This document shows positions 38,201 through 47,953 of a DNA stretch of 64,000 nt, piece by piece. Each line of letters starts with the position of its first letter. The stretch's first letter is position 1. The translations under genes were made by a program, and so were the position numbers. The stretch lies in assembly GCA_018825985.1 (NCBI GenBank), contig JAHKAP010000047.1, forward strand, positions 2,719-66,718, in the 5' to 3' direction. The DNA comes from Candidatus Omnitrophota bacterium. Its GTDB lineage: Bacteria > Omnitrophota > Gorgyraeia > Gygaellales > Profunditerraquicolaceae. The notes beneath the pieces are model-generated. The model did no database searches. It worked only from the letters and a program-made list of their open reading frames with translations, and was not told the origin of the DNA.

Positions 38201-39594
38201 GGACCCACACTTGCTCAGAATTGAAAGCTGGCGATGTTACTAAAGAAGTTACTCTTTGCGGCTGGGTGGGCGCCAGGCGCGATCATGGAAAACTTATATT
38301 TATTGATTTAAGAGATAGAGGCGGTATTACTCAAATCGTCTTTATACCCAAAGAATCAGGAGATGCCTATCAAAAAGCCCAGGAATTAAGGGATGAATTT
38401 GTATTGAAAATAAGGGGAATAGTTAATAAACGGCCCGCCAATAATCTAAACCAAAAGATACCTACCGGAGAAATAGAGATTATTGTTAAGGATCTGGAGA
38501 TTCTAAACTCCAGCCTTACACCTCCGTTTGAAATAAAGGATGACCTGGAAGTTACCGAAGAGATGCGTCTTAAATACCGTTATCTGGACTTACGCCGCAG
38601 GAGGGTGCTGGATAATTTTTTATTAAGGCCTAAGATGTACAGAGTCATTCGTTCTTTTCTGGATTCCCAGGGATTTTTAGAGTGCGAAACTCCAATCCTG
38701 ACCAAATCTACGCCCGAAGGAGCCAGGGATTACCTGGTTCCTTCTAGGCTTAATCCCGGGCAATTCTACGCGCTTCCCCAATCTCCGCAGCTATTTAAAC
38801 AGATATTAATGGTCTCAGGTATAGAGAAATACTATCAGATCGCAAAATGTTTCCGGGATGAGGATTTACGGTCTGACCGCCAGCCGGAATTTACCCAACT
38901 GGACCTGGAGATGTCTTTTATTCAAGAGGAGGATATTTTTTTTATATTTGAGCGGATGATGCAGTTGATATTTAAAGAATTGAAGAACATTGATATTAAG
39001 ATTCCGTTCCCTCGTTTAAGTTACAAAGAGTCTATTGGTAAATATGCCTGTGATAAGCCGGACCTAAGAAAAGAATTCAACAGCGATTTCGCCTTTGTCT
39101 GGGTTGTAGATTTTCCTCTTTTTAAATATAACCAGGAAGAGCAGCGCTGGGAGAGCGAACATCATCCTTTTACCGCTGTGGCTGACGGGGATATTGAAAT
39201 ATTAGAAAAGTCTCCGGATAAGGTGAAATCCCGTTCTTATGATTTAGTTTTAAACGGTACGGAGATCGGGTCTGGTTCGATAAGGATCCATAATCAACAA
39301 CTCCAGGAAAAGATATTTAACATTATAGGCATAGATAAAGAGGATGCTTATAAGCGGTTTGGATTTCTTTTGGAGGCTTTTCAATACGGGGCCCCGCCCC
39401 ACGGGGGGTTTGCTTTCGGGATAGACCGGTTATTGGCAATCATAGCCGGCGAGGCCAGCATCCGTGAGGTGATCGCTTTTCCGAAAAACCAAAAAGCGTT
39501 TTGCCCGCTTACCAGCGCGCCTTCGAATGTGGATAAGAAACAATTAAGAGAGTTAGGTATTATGCTTAAAGAAGGAGGAAAGAATGAGGCTTAA
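38194..39594 (+). CDS. aspS: Aspartate-tRNA ligase, short form lacking the GAD insertion domain
   Basis: RDHG.LIFIDLRD, STPEGARDY, LPQSPQLFKQ, CFRDEDLR and GAPPHGG; 466 aa. Confidence 0.93.
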   Translation: MLRTHTCSELKAGDVTKEVTLCGWVGARRDHGKLIFIDLRDRGGITQIVFIPKESGDAYQKAQELRDEFVLKIRGIVNKRPANNLNQKIPTGEIEIIVKDLEILNSSLTPPFEIKDDLEVTEEMRLKYRYLDLRRRRVLDNFLLRPKMYRVIRSFLDSQGFLECETPILTKSTPEGARDYLVPSRLNPGQFYALPQSPQLFKQILMVSGIEKYYQIAKCFRDEDLRSDRQPEFTQLDLEMSFIQEEDIFFIFERMMQLIFKELKNIDIKIPFPRLSYKESIGKYACDKPDLRKEFNSDFAFVWVVDFPLFKYNQEEQRWESEHHPFTAVADGDIEILEKSPDKVKSRSYDLVLNGTEIGSGSIRIHNQQLQEKIFNIIGIDKEDAYKRFGFLLEAFQYGAPPHGGFAFGIDRLLAIIAGEASIREVIAFPKNQKAFCPLTSAPSNVDKKQLRELGIMLKEGGKNEA

Positions 39595-40150
39595 GAATAT
39601 ATTTTCTTTGATTTTTTTATTTAGCGTATTTATATTTTCCGGATGTGTGGCCAGGACTTATCAAATGACCAGGGATAGGGTTGATCAAGATCTGCCGGGT
39701 AACCGCGGTTGTTTGCAGGGAAAATGCCTGCAGGATGAATTAGAGAGAAAGAAGACCCGTACGATCCAGGTGGTAGAAATTGAAATACCTTCTTTGACCG
39801 GGAAGAAGAAAGCCGTTTCGCAAGAGAGCCTGGAAGCGCCTCTAGTTAAGGAGAAGTCGCCGAAGGAGATTCCTGTTACTGGCGCGGCTTTAGTCCGCCA
39901 AGAGGAAAGATCCGTAGGGGGAGTCAAATTTGAGAAGTATACGGTTTTAAAAGATGATACCTTGCAGAAGATCTCGGAAAAATTCTACGGCACTTCCAAT
40001 AAATGGGAAAAAATTTACGAAACCAACAAAGCAATTCTTAAGACTCCGGACAGGCTTTATCCGGGTGAGTCAATTGATATTCCTATAGAATCAGGAAAAT
40101 CCGCGGAGTCAATTCCGGAAAATAAAAAAGTTAAAGATAATATCAAATAA
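39584..40150 (+). CDS. LysM domain lipoprotein
   Basis: Lipobox FSGC; YTVLKDDTLQKISEKFYG..W.KIYETN. Confidence 0.82.
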   Translation: MRLKNIFSLIFLFSVFIFSGCVARTYQMTRDRVDQDLPGNRGCLQGKCLQDELERKKTRTIQVVEIEIPSLTGKKKAVSQESLEAPLVKEKSPKEIPVTGAALVRQEERSVGGVKFEKYTVLKDDTLQKISEKFYGTSNKWEKIYETNKAILKTPDRLYPGESIDIPIESGKSAESIPENKKVKDNIK

Positions 40151-40154
40151 TTAA

Positions 40155-40216
40155 ATAGGGACAGCGACTATTTTTTAGCTCGCTCTCCCTATTTAAAAAA
40201 TAGTCGCTGTCCCTAT
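40155..40216. repeat. Palindromic element family B, copy 2
   Basis: ATAGGGACAGCGACTATTTTTT..AAAAAATAGTCGCTGTCCCTAT; spacer holds a degenerate extra arm TCGCTCTCCCTATTT. Confidence 0.85.
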
Positions 40217-40218
40217 CA

Positions 40219-41187
40219 ATGGAAAATATAGTAAAACTGGATAATTTATCTGAAGCCCAGGCTCTTTTTGGGCTGCATGATGAAAATATCAGGGCTATAG
40301 AAAGGGAATTCAAGGTCAGACTGCGTCTAGATGAGAATCATTTAAGGATCAAGGGGCTGACCAATAATGTCAAGAAGGCCTCAGTTTTAATAAATAGCAT
40401 TATAAATACTATCCGCCTGCGGGGGAATGAGTCTTTAACTAAATCCGATATATATTCTTTGATTAAAGAAGCCAGGCAGAATAAAGCCGCTGGGATTATT
40501 GCCTTTCCCAAAAATAAGCCTTCAAGCGCGGTCCGAGCTTTATCAGCCAGGCCAATAGAGCCCAAGACTAAGGGGCAGCGGGAATATGTTGAGGCGATAA
40601 AAAAACACGATATTGTATTTGGTATCGGTCCTGCCGGGACAGGCAAGACTTACCTGGCGATGAGCTGCGCTGTCGAAGCCCTAAAAAACCAGGAGGTCCG
40701 CCGGATCATCCTTACCCGTCCTGCGATCGAGGCCGGGGAGTCTCTGGGATTTCTCCCCGGGGATATTTATGAAAAGATTTCTCCATATCTTAGGCCTCTT
40801 TATGATGCCTTGTATGATATGATGGATGCTGAGCGGATCGAGAAATATATTGAAACCGGGATTATTGAGGTCGCGCCCTTGGCTTATATGCGGGGTAGGA
40901 CCTTAAACGACGCTTTCATAATCCTGGATGAAGCCCAGAATTCTACGCCTGAACAGATGAAGATGTTTTTGACCAGGTTGGGTTTTGATTCCAAGGTCGT
41001 CATTACCGGAGATATAACCCAGAGTGATCTGCCCGGAGGCAGGCCGATAGGACTGCTTCAGGCTCAACAGATACTTAAGGATATCGAAGGCATTAAAATA
41101 GTCAAGTTTAGCGGATCTGATGTTGTCCGGCATGAACTGGTGCAAAAGATAATAGAAGCCTATGAAAAAGCCAGCAGTAATAATTAA
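40219..41187 (+). CDS. phoH: PhoH family ATPase
   Basis: GPAGTGKT, LGFLPGD, AYMRGRTL, DEAQN and VVRH. Confidence 0.93.
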   Translation: MENIVKLDNLSEAQALFGLHDENIRAIEREFKVRLRLDENHLRIKGLTNNVKKASVLINSIINTIRLRGNESLTKSDIYSLIKEARQNKAAGIIAFPKNKPSSAVRALSARPIEPKTKGQREYVEAIKKHDIVFGIGPAGTGKTYLAMSCAVEALKNQEVRRIILTRPAIEAGESLGFLPGDIYEKISPYLRPLYDALYDMMDAERIEKYIETGIIEVAPLAYMRGRTLNDAFIILDEAQNSTPEQMKMFLTRLGFDSKVVITGDITQSDLPGGRPIGLLQAQQILKDIEGIKIVKFSGSDVVRHELVQKIIEAYEKASSNN

Positions 41188-42565
41188 ACTGAAATTTATT
41201 TTTGGGTTACTTCGCCAGCCTAGGAAGATATTTGCGATCATCGGGTTTGCGCTTACCGCCGGATACATTTTTTTTATCAGTTATAGTTTGGGAATTAATC
41301 CGGTAATTATATTATTTTTATTTTCCCTGGCTATTTACCTTAAGTTCCTTCAAAAAAATCTTTTTTTAAAGGGATGCCGGATCATCAATCTAATCCTGCT
41401 TTTGGTGATAATTTTTCTGTTGGGATATTTTATTACCCGGATTGGCTGGCCTGTATATTGGACCCCGATCGCCGCAATCACCATGCTGGCTACATTGTTG
41501 TTCAGCCAGCCGGTAATTTCATTATTAATTGCCGTAGGTTCGGCGGTCACTGTAGCTTTTATTGAAAGAGGGGACCTTTATTTAGGGACATTATTTTTAA
41601 TCAGCGGTATCCTCTCTTCGGTGCTGGTCTTCGGCGCGCGCAGACGGGGTGTCATTATTCGCAGCGGGTTCATAATCGGAATTGTTCAGGCCCTCTCCTT
41701 ATTCTTTATTAAACGGTTTGATCCTTCAGGCTTAAATGATTATGCCATACTTGTTGCTAATGGGGTTTTGTGCGCTATCGCTACATTGGGAACGCTTACT
41801 ATTTTCGAGTACCTGTTTAACACCGTCACCAATGTAAGCCTTCTGGAACTAGCCGATTTTAACCATCCGTTATTGAACCGGATGATATTAGAAGCGCCTG
41901 GAACCTATCACCATAGTCTTATAGTCGGCAATCTATCTGAGGCTGCCTGTTCAGCTATTGGAGCGAATTCATTGCTGGCCAGGGTCGGAGCTTATTATCA
42001 TGATCTGGGTAAATTACGCAAACCCGAGTATTTCAGCGAGAATCAGGCTTTAAAAGGAAATAAGCATGAGGCCCTTTCTCCGACTATGAGCAAGTTGGTA
42101 ATAATAAATCACGTTAAGGAGGGGATGGACCTGGCTCGGGAATATAATATCAATCCCCGCCTGGTTGATTTTATCCAGCAGCATCACGGAACCAGCCTGG
42201 TTTACTATTTTTATAAAAGGGCAATCGAGGCCCTGGAAGAAGACCAGGATGTCAAGGAGGATGGTTTTCGCTATACCGGTCCTAAGCCGAATACCAAAGA
42301 AACCGCGGTGGTTCTTTTGGCTGATTCCGTGGAAGCGGCGACCCGGGCTTTAAAGGAACCCAGCGCCCAGAAGATCGAAGAAGTAGTGCATAAGATAATC
42401 AATAATAAATTCATTGACGGCCAGCTTGATGAATGTGATCTAACCTTAAAGGACCTGGAAAAGATATCCGGAGTTTTTATTCATATCTTAAGCGGCATAT
42501 ACCATACCCGGGTCAGCTATCCTGATGAAAAAACCGGCAATAGCAATAAGAAGTTTACAAAATAG
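41162..42565 (+). CDS. 7TM-HD (HDIG) phosphohydrolase, PgpH-like
   Basis: Multiple TMs; APGTYHHS, YYHDLGK, QHHGT and LADSVEAA. Confidence 0.88.
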   Translation: MKKPAVIIKLKFIFGLLRQPRKIFAIIGFALTAGYIFFISYSLGINPVIILFLFSLAIYLKFLQKNLFLKGCRIINLILLLVIIFLLGYFITRIGWPVYWTPIAAITMLATLLFSQPVISLLIAVGSAVTVAFIERGDLYLGTLFLISGILSSVLVFGARRRGVIIRSGFIIGIVQALSLFFIKRFDPSGLNDYAILVANGVLCAIATLGTLTIFEYLFNTVTNVSLLELADFNHPLLNRMILEAPGTYHHSLIVGNLSEAACSAIGANSLLARVGAYYHDLGKLRKPEYFSENQALKGNKHEALSPTMSKLVIINHVKEGMDLAREYNINPRLVDFIQQHHGTSLVYYFYKRAIEALEEDQDVKEDGFRYTGPKPNTKETAVVLLADSVEAATRALKEPSAQKIEEVVHKIINNKFIDGQLDECDLTLKDLEKISGVFIHILSGIYHTRVSYPDEKTGNSNKKFTK

Positions 42566-43001
42566 GATATTTTTTGCGGGTGAACGCAGGAAAGCCGGAG
42601 CCGTTAATTCCCTCGATATCAAAAATCTTGTTTTTAAAACATTATCATTGAGGCCGTTAAATTGGAGCGGCCAAATAAGCATTTTGTTGGTAGGCGATAA
42701 AATGATCAGGGACCTTAATTTTAAATATCTCGATAAAAATAGACCGACTGATGTGCTGGCATTCGATCTGAGCCGGGGAAAAGGTGATATCACTTGTGAA
42801 ATTGTGGTCTCAACCGATGCCGCGTTTTATAACTCCAGGATTTATAAAACCTCTCCCGTTTATGAAACCTATCTTTACGTGGTCCATGGGCTGCTGCATA
42901 TATTAGGTTTTGATGACCGCGCAGAAATTGAGCGTAAATTTATGCAGAAAAAAGCCGAGAAAATACTTTTTGATTTTAATCCTCTAAACTCTAAACTCTA
43001 A
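42525..43001 (+). CDS. ybeY: rRNA maturation RNase
   Basis: PTDVLAF and VHGLLHILGFDD. Confidence 0.88.
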   Translation: MKKPAIAIRSLQNRIFFAGERRKAGAVNSLDIKNLVFKTLSLRPLNWSGQISILLVGDKMIRDLNFKYLDKNRPTDVLAFDLSRGKGDITCEIVVSTDAAFYNSRIYKTSPVYETYLYVVHGLLHILGFDDRAEIERKFMQKKAEKILFDFNPLNSKL

Positions 43002-43024
43002 ACTTCAAGCTCCAAACTAAAATA

Positions 43025-43792
43025 ATGCCTATACATAAAGCCGAAGCAATAGTTCTTAGTAAGCGTGATTTTCGCGAAACTTCTTTAATAGTTAATTTTT
43101 ATACCAGGGAGTTCGGAAAACTATCCGGAATCTTAAAAGGGATCAGGAAAGAACCGATTAAGTTTGCCAGCAGCCTGGAGCCGTTTTCGCTCAACGATAT
43201 AGTATTTTATAAAAACAGGTCTACTACGCTTCATTTGGTAAGCCAGTGTGATCTTAAGGATAATTTTTCTTCGATACGGCAGAATATGTTCAAGGTGGGG
43301 ATGGCTAGCATAGTCTTGGAGTTGATAGACGCCGTAATGCAGCTGGATGATAAGAATGAAGATATTTTTCAGCTGGGCCTGGATACTCTTGCGGGGTTGG
43401 CTTCGGCTCCTAATCCGGACAAGATTACCACTATTTTCAAGATTAAAATGCTTTCTCTGTCAGGTTTTAAACCAAATCTGGATTCTTGCGTTGTCTGCTC
43501 AAACAAGATCCTTGGGGAATCGAAATTTAGCCTCAAATCAGGCGGACTGCTTTGTTTAAGATGCGCCCCTAAAGATTTGAATTCCCGTTCGATATTCAGG
43601 GGCACGATAGCTACGATCTTGCATATTGAAAGGAACGATTTTAAGTGTAACCTGAATTTAGGTATTAATCCGCAGATTAAAAAAGAATTGGACCTGGTGC
43701 TGAACGCTTTTCTAAATTTTCACCTAGAGAAGGAACTAAAATCCCAGAAAGTACTGCATAAGATCGAGAATTTTATTCCAGTAATTAGATAG
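43025..43792 (+). CDS. recO: DNA repair protein RecO
   Basis: EAIVL..FRETS..GKL and CVVC..GGLLCLRC. Confidence 0.9.
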   Translation: MPIHKAEAIVLSKRDFRETSLIVNFYTREFGKLSGILKGIRKEPIKFASSLEPFSLNDIVFYKNRSTTLHLVSQCDLKDNFSSIRQNMFKVGMASIVLELIDAVMQLDDKNEDIFQLGLDTLAGLASAPNPDKITTIFKIKMLSLSGFKPNLDSCVVCSNKILGESKFSLKSGGLLCLRCAPKDLNSRSIFRGTIATILHIERNDFKCNLNLGINPQIKKELDLVLNAFLNFHLEKELKSQKVLHKIENFIPVIR

Positions 43793-43793
43793 G

Positions 43794-43932
43794 AAGAAAT
43801 GGGGTCACAAGAAATGGGGTCACACAAGAAATGGGGTCAGAATTATTTTTTCGTATCAAGTAAAGTAGACAAAAATAATTCTGACCCCATTTCTCAAAAA
43901 TAATTCTGACCCCATTTCTTGACCACATTTCT
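43794..43932. repeat. Palindromic element family A, copy 5, triplicated at both ends
   Basis: AAGAAATGGGGTCA x3 on the left; AAAAATAATTCTGACCCCATTTCT x2 plus TGACCACATTTCT on the right. Confidence 0.9.
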
Positions 43933-43956
43933 AAAAAAGGCTGAAAGGGGGTGGGG

Positions 43957-44886
43957 ATGAAAATAGCGATAGTCGGGCCGGGGGCAATGGGATGTTTATT
44001 CGCCGCTTTTTTATCAAAAACAGACGCGGATATAGTTTTAATAGATAAAGACAGCCAGCGCGCGGAAAAAATAAATCAGCAAGGCATAATAGTCGAAGGA
44101 GTTTCCGGAAGTTGGCAGGCAAAAGTAAAAGTAACTTCCGATATCAAGGATATAGGCGCGCTGGATTTAATATTGCTCTGCGTAAAATCCTACGATACCA
44201 AGTCAGCTTGCGCCCAAGTCAAGTTATTAGCCGGTGAAAATACCTTGGTTCTTACATTGCAAAATGGTATCGGTAATATTGAAATATTGGGTGAGATCAT
44301 CGGTCAGGATAAAATAATCGCCGGGATCACTAATTTAGGTTCGACATTGATAGGTTTTGGGCATATTAATCATGCCGGATTTGGCGAAACTATAATTGGC
44401 AGGATGGATAATAAACTTCCTGCCGGGATGCGTTCTATCAGAGAAGTTTTTAATAAAGCAGGTTTAGATACTAGGATATCCAGGGATATTAAGGGTTTAT
44501 TATGGTCAAAGTTAGTAATCAATGCCGGGATAAATCCTCTTAGCGCTATAACCAGGCTGAAGAACGGGCGTCTGGTGGAGGCAGAACCTGCCCGCAAGAT
44601 TCTGCGCGAGACGGTTACAGAGGTTGTAAAAGTGATCAAGCGCAAAAGGATCAAACTGATCTTTGATGATCCTTTGGCTAAGGTTGAAGCGGTATGTGAG
44701 GCCACGGCCGGCAACGTATCCTCCATGCTCCAGGATGTCCTTAATAATAAACGCACCGAAATAGATTTTATTAATGGAGTAGTTGTGCGTATGGCTCAGG
44801 AGTTGGGGGTGCCAGCTCCGGTAAATTCGTTTTTAGTGGAATTGGTTAAAACTATTGAAATAAGTTACGGATTATCCTTAAAATGA
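43957..44886 (+). CDS. panE: 2-dehydropantoate 2-reductase
   Basis: GPGAMG, LCVKSYD, LQNGIG, WSKLVIN and SSMLQD..TEIDFING. Confidence 0.93.
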   Translation: MKIAIVGPGAMGCLFAAFLSKTDADIVLIDKDSQRAEKINQQGIIVEGVSGSWQAKVKVTSDIKDIGALDLILLCVKSYDTKSACAQVKLLAGENTLVLTLQNGIGNIEILGEIIGQDKIIAGITNLGSTLIGFGHINHAGFGETIIGRMDNKLPAGMRSIREVFNKAGLDTRISRDIKGLLWSKLVINAGINPLSAITRLKNGRLVEAEPARKILRETVTEVVKVIKRKRIKLIFDDPLAKVEAVCEATAGNVSSMLQDVLNNKRTEIDFINGVVVRMAQELGVPAPVNSFLVELVKTIEISYGLSLK

Positions 44887-45266
44887 ACACACGGATAAAA
44901 AGAAATATTTTAGTAGTTGACGATAATAAAAATAATAGGGATGTGGTAAGTATGACTTTGGAGGAGGCCGGCCACAGGGTGATTGCTGTGGCCGCCGGGA
45001 CCCATGGTTTGGAGAAACTTAAAACCGAAAAAATAGATCTGATTATTTTAGAATTAGTTTTAGCTGGTTTAGATGGTTACGGATTATTGACGATGCTTAA
45101 AAGCGATCCTCTGACTAAAGAAATACCGGTTTTGGTCCTGACCGGCAGGGATTCAAGGGGCGAGGTAGAGGAAGCGATAAAATTAGGAGCAGTTGATTGT
45201 ATAGTAAGATACAGGCTTCCACCGGCAGAACTTTTGAAAATCGTAAATATAATCCTAAAAGGTTAA
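44883..45266 (+). CDS. Single-domain response regulator with Glu at the phospho-acceptor site
   Basis: LVVDD..DLIILELVLAGLDG..VLTG. Confidence 0.8.
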   Translation: MNTRIKRNILVVDDNKNNRDVVSMTLEEAGHRVIAVAAGTHGLEKLKTEKIDLIILELVLAGLDGYGLLTMLKSDPLTKEIPVLVLTGRDSRGEVEEAIKLGAVDCIVRYRLPPAELLKIVNIILKG

Positions 45267-45281
45267 AAAAAGGAGGATATC

Positions 45282-45653
45282 GTGGCCAAAGTAGTAATGG
45301 TAGTTGATGATAGCAAAATGAGCCGGGAAGTCATCCGGATGAGCCTTGAAAAGGCGGATTATCAGGTAATCCTTGCCGAGAATGGCGAGCAGGCCATCGA
45401 TAAATTAAAAACAGATAATAAAGTTGATTTAATTATTCTAGACCTGGTGCTTCCTGGTTTGGACGGTTTTGGCGTCCTTTGCATTATTAAGAATGATCCG
45501 GTACTAAAAAATATTCCGGTAATAATTTTTACAAACAGGGAATCAGAGGCAGATAGGCAGGAGGCATTAGAATTAGGGGCGATAGATGTTATGGTTAAGC
45601 ATAGAGAATCCCAGGATGATCTTGTAAAATATATTAAACAGTTGATACAATAG
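45282..45653 (+). CDS. Single-domain (CheY-like) response regulator
   Basis: MVVDD..DLIILDLVLPGLDG..FTN..VMVK. Confidence 0.88.
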   Translation: MAKVVMVVDDSKMSREVIRMSLEKADYQVILAENGEQAIDKLKTDNKVDLIILDLVLPGLDGFGVLCIIKNDPVLKNIPVIIFTNRESEADRQEALELGAIDVMVKHRESQDDLVKYIKQLIQ

Positions 45654-46562
45654 ATGTTAATTTTTTTATTATCGGTTATTATATTCAGCGGCTGTTCACA
45701 GCAGAATCTTTATAAAGACAGCCGGATAATCATGGGCACTTTTGTTGAAGTAACCTCTCCTTATAAGGGGGCGGCCAACACAGCCTTCCAGGAAATCTCC
45801 AGGATCGAGAAGTTACTGAGCAAATATGACCCGGACAGCGAAATATCCAGGCTGAATAGATCCGGGGAATTAGCGCTCAGTGAGGATACTGGGAATGTTT
45901 TAAAAAAAGCCAGAGAGTTTTGGAGGCTTACCGCAGGCAGCTTTGATGTGACCATCGGGCCTTTAATGGACCTCTGGGGATTTACGACAAAGAATTATCG
46001 TCTGCCTGAAGACACTCAGATCAAGAAAACCCTGGAACTAGTTGGTTTTGATAAAATTATCTTTAATGATGAAAATAATGTGGTAAAATACATTTTTTCC
46101 GGGGCAGAAATAGACTTGGGCGGCATTGCCAAGGGGTATGCAATTGATCGGGCAGTATTTAAGTTAAAAGAAAAAGGCATATTCAGCTGTTTGATAAACG
46201 CCGGCGGCCAGGTTTATTGCTTAGGGGATAATTTCGGTAAGCCTTGGCGAGTCGGTATAAAAAACCCGCGCAAGCCCGGAATTGTTGATTATTTAGAGCT
46301 CAGAGATAAAGCGGTCTCGACCTCCGGAGATTATGAACAATATTTTATTATTAATGGCAGGCGTTTTTCTCACATAATGGATCCTAAAACAGGTTATCCG
46401 GTTGATAGGGGAGTAGTTGCAGTAACAGTGGTTGCCGATGATTCGACTCTGGCAGACGCGCTATCAACTTCGATTTTTGTGTTGGGTAAAGAAAAAGGGT
46501 TGGAATTGGCAAAAAAAATACCCGGTGTACAAGTAAATATTTTAAGCAATGAGCAGTATTAA
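45654..46562 (+). CDS. apbE: FAD:protein FMN transferase lipoprotein
   Basis: MGT, FDVTIGPL, DLGGIAKGYA, STSGDYE and HIMDPKTG. Confidence 0.93.
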   Translation: MLIFLLSVIIFSGCSQQNLYKDSRIIMGTFVEVTSPYKGAANTAFQEISRIEKLLSKYDPDSEISRLNRSGELALSEDTGNVLKKAREFWRLTAGSFDVTIGPLMDLWGFTTKNYRLPEDTQIKKTLELVGFDKIIFNDENNVVKYIFSGAEIDLGGIAKGYAIDRAVFKLKEKGIFSCLINAGGQVYCLGDNFGKPWRVGIKNPRKPGIVDYLELRDKAVSTSGDYEQYFIINGRRFSHIMDPKTGYPVDRGVVAVTVVADDSTLADALSTSIFVLGKEKGLELAKKIPGVQVNILSNEQY

Positions 46563-47874
46563 ATCTAATTCAATGTTTATATATTTTTCCCAGCTTTTGG
46601 ATAAGCCGGTGGTTGATTCCGGCGGCCGGGTAGCGGGAGAATTGTATGATATTATAGTAAAAGCAACAGAGGTTTATCCTCAGTCATCCCACCTGATAAT
46701 CCGCAAGGGGTGGTCTCTTAACAAGCAGTATGCGGTTGTGCCTTGGGTGAGTATTGCCGAGAGGGATAATAAAGAAATAAGGCTTAATATCGGCGCTAGC
46801 GCGATCGTTTTTACCGAGCATCACAATAACAAAGAAGAATTCACTCTGCGCCGGGATATACTGGATCAGCAGGTAGTAGATACTTATAATCATAAAGCGA
46901 TCCGGGTAAATGATATTCATCTTTTAGCAGTAGATCATTCTTTAATGATCGCGCATGTGGATGTAAGCGTAAGAGGATTATTCAGGCGCTTAGGTTTTGA
47001 AGGCCTGGTCGATTTTCTGGTCGGCTTAGTGAACAAAGACGCAGATTACCTTTTAACCGAGCATCTGATACCCTGGAAACATATACAGCCTTTATCGGTT
47101 AATCCAGTCAGTATGACTATTAAGGTAAATTTCCCTCAGAAGAAGCTCAACAGTATACCTGCCGCAGATCTGGGCGAGATCTTTCTTGACCTGAATGTCA
47201 AGGATCAGACGGCTTTATTCAAGTCTCTGGATGTTAATTCTAAGGCTAAGGTTTTTCTGGGGATCGATTTTAAATATCAGAAGTCGTTGATTGAAGACCT
47301 GCCCGATCCTGAAATAGCCGCTATCTTAAATGCCTTGCCCACTGACGAAGCTACTGATTTTTTAGAGAAACTGCCTAAGGACCAGGTCAACCGGTTTTTG
47401 GCGATCATGGAAAATAAGCAGGCCAAGAAGTTATCTCAATTATTAGGTTATTCCAGCGATTCAGCAGGCGGGCTTATGACCGCCGATTTTTTATCGGTAT
47501 TTAAGAATATGCCGGTTGAGGCGGTATTAATCCAGATCAGGGAGAGGGCGTTTAAGGTTGAACCCGTACAGTTAGTATATATTATTGATGAAAATAATAA
47601 GTTGGTAGGCGCGACTAATTTCAGGAGGCTTATTTTAGCCAGCCCGGCTGATCCGGTATCCAAAACAGCTTTTGCCAAGACCTATTTTGTTAATTTAAAC
47701 TCTAGCGTGAAGGAAGTGGCTTATCTAATGGAGAAGTATAAATATTATGCAATTCCGGTAGTGGATGATAACAATGCCCTGCAGGGGATTATTACGGTCG
47801 ACGATATATTGAGCCAGGTTATTTCTATTGCCTGGCGCAGGCTGAAGAAAATAAAAATACTTCCGAAACAATAA
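46549..47874 (+). CDS. PRC-barrel + MgtE intracellular N domain + CBS protein with no membrane domain
   Basis: RDILDQQVVD, SAGGLMT and GIITVDDIL. Confidence 0.85.
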   Translation: MSSIKSNSMFIYFSQLLDKPVVDSGGRVAGELYDIIVKATEVYPQSSHLIIRKGWSLNKQYAVVPWVSIAERDNKEIRLNIGASAIVFTEHHNNKEEFTLRRDILDQQVVDTYNHKAIRVNDIHLLAVDHSLMIAHVDVSVRGLFRRLGFEGLVDFLVGLVNKDADYLLTEHLIPWKHIQPLSVNPVSMTIKVNFPQKKLNSIPAADLGEIFLDLNVKDQTALFKSLDVNSKAKVFLGIDFKYQKSLIEDLPDPEIAAILNALPTDEATDFLEKLPKDQVNRFLAIMENKQAKKLSQLLGYSSDSAGGLMTADFLSVFKNMPVEAVLIQIRERAFKVEPVQLVYIIDENNKLVGATNFRRLILASPADPVSKTAFAKTYFVNLNSSVKEVAYLMEKYKYYAIPVVDDNNALQGIITVDDILSQVISIAWRRLKKIKILPKQ

Positions 47875-47883
47875 TATGAATGA

Positions 47884-47945
47884 AATGGGGTCAGAATTAT
47901 TTTTTCTTTATTTTATGTGCTCGAAAAAATAATTCTGACCCCATT
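47884..47945. repeat. Palindromic element family A, copy 6
   Basis: AATGGGGTCAGAATTATTTTTTC..GAAAAAATAATTCTGACCCCATT. Confidence 0.9.
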
Positions 47946-47953
47946 AATTAATT

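Noticed and set aside
43794-43932. Tandem repeats as a possible CRISPR array
   Set aside because: Repeats invert midway, there are no regular unique spacers and no cas genes in the window
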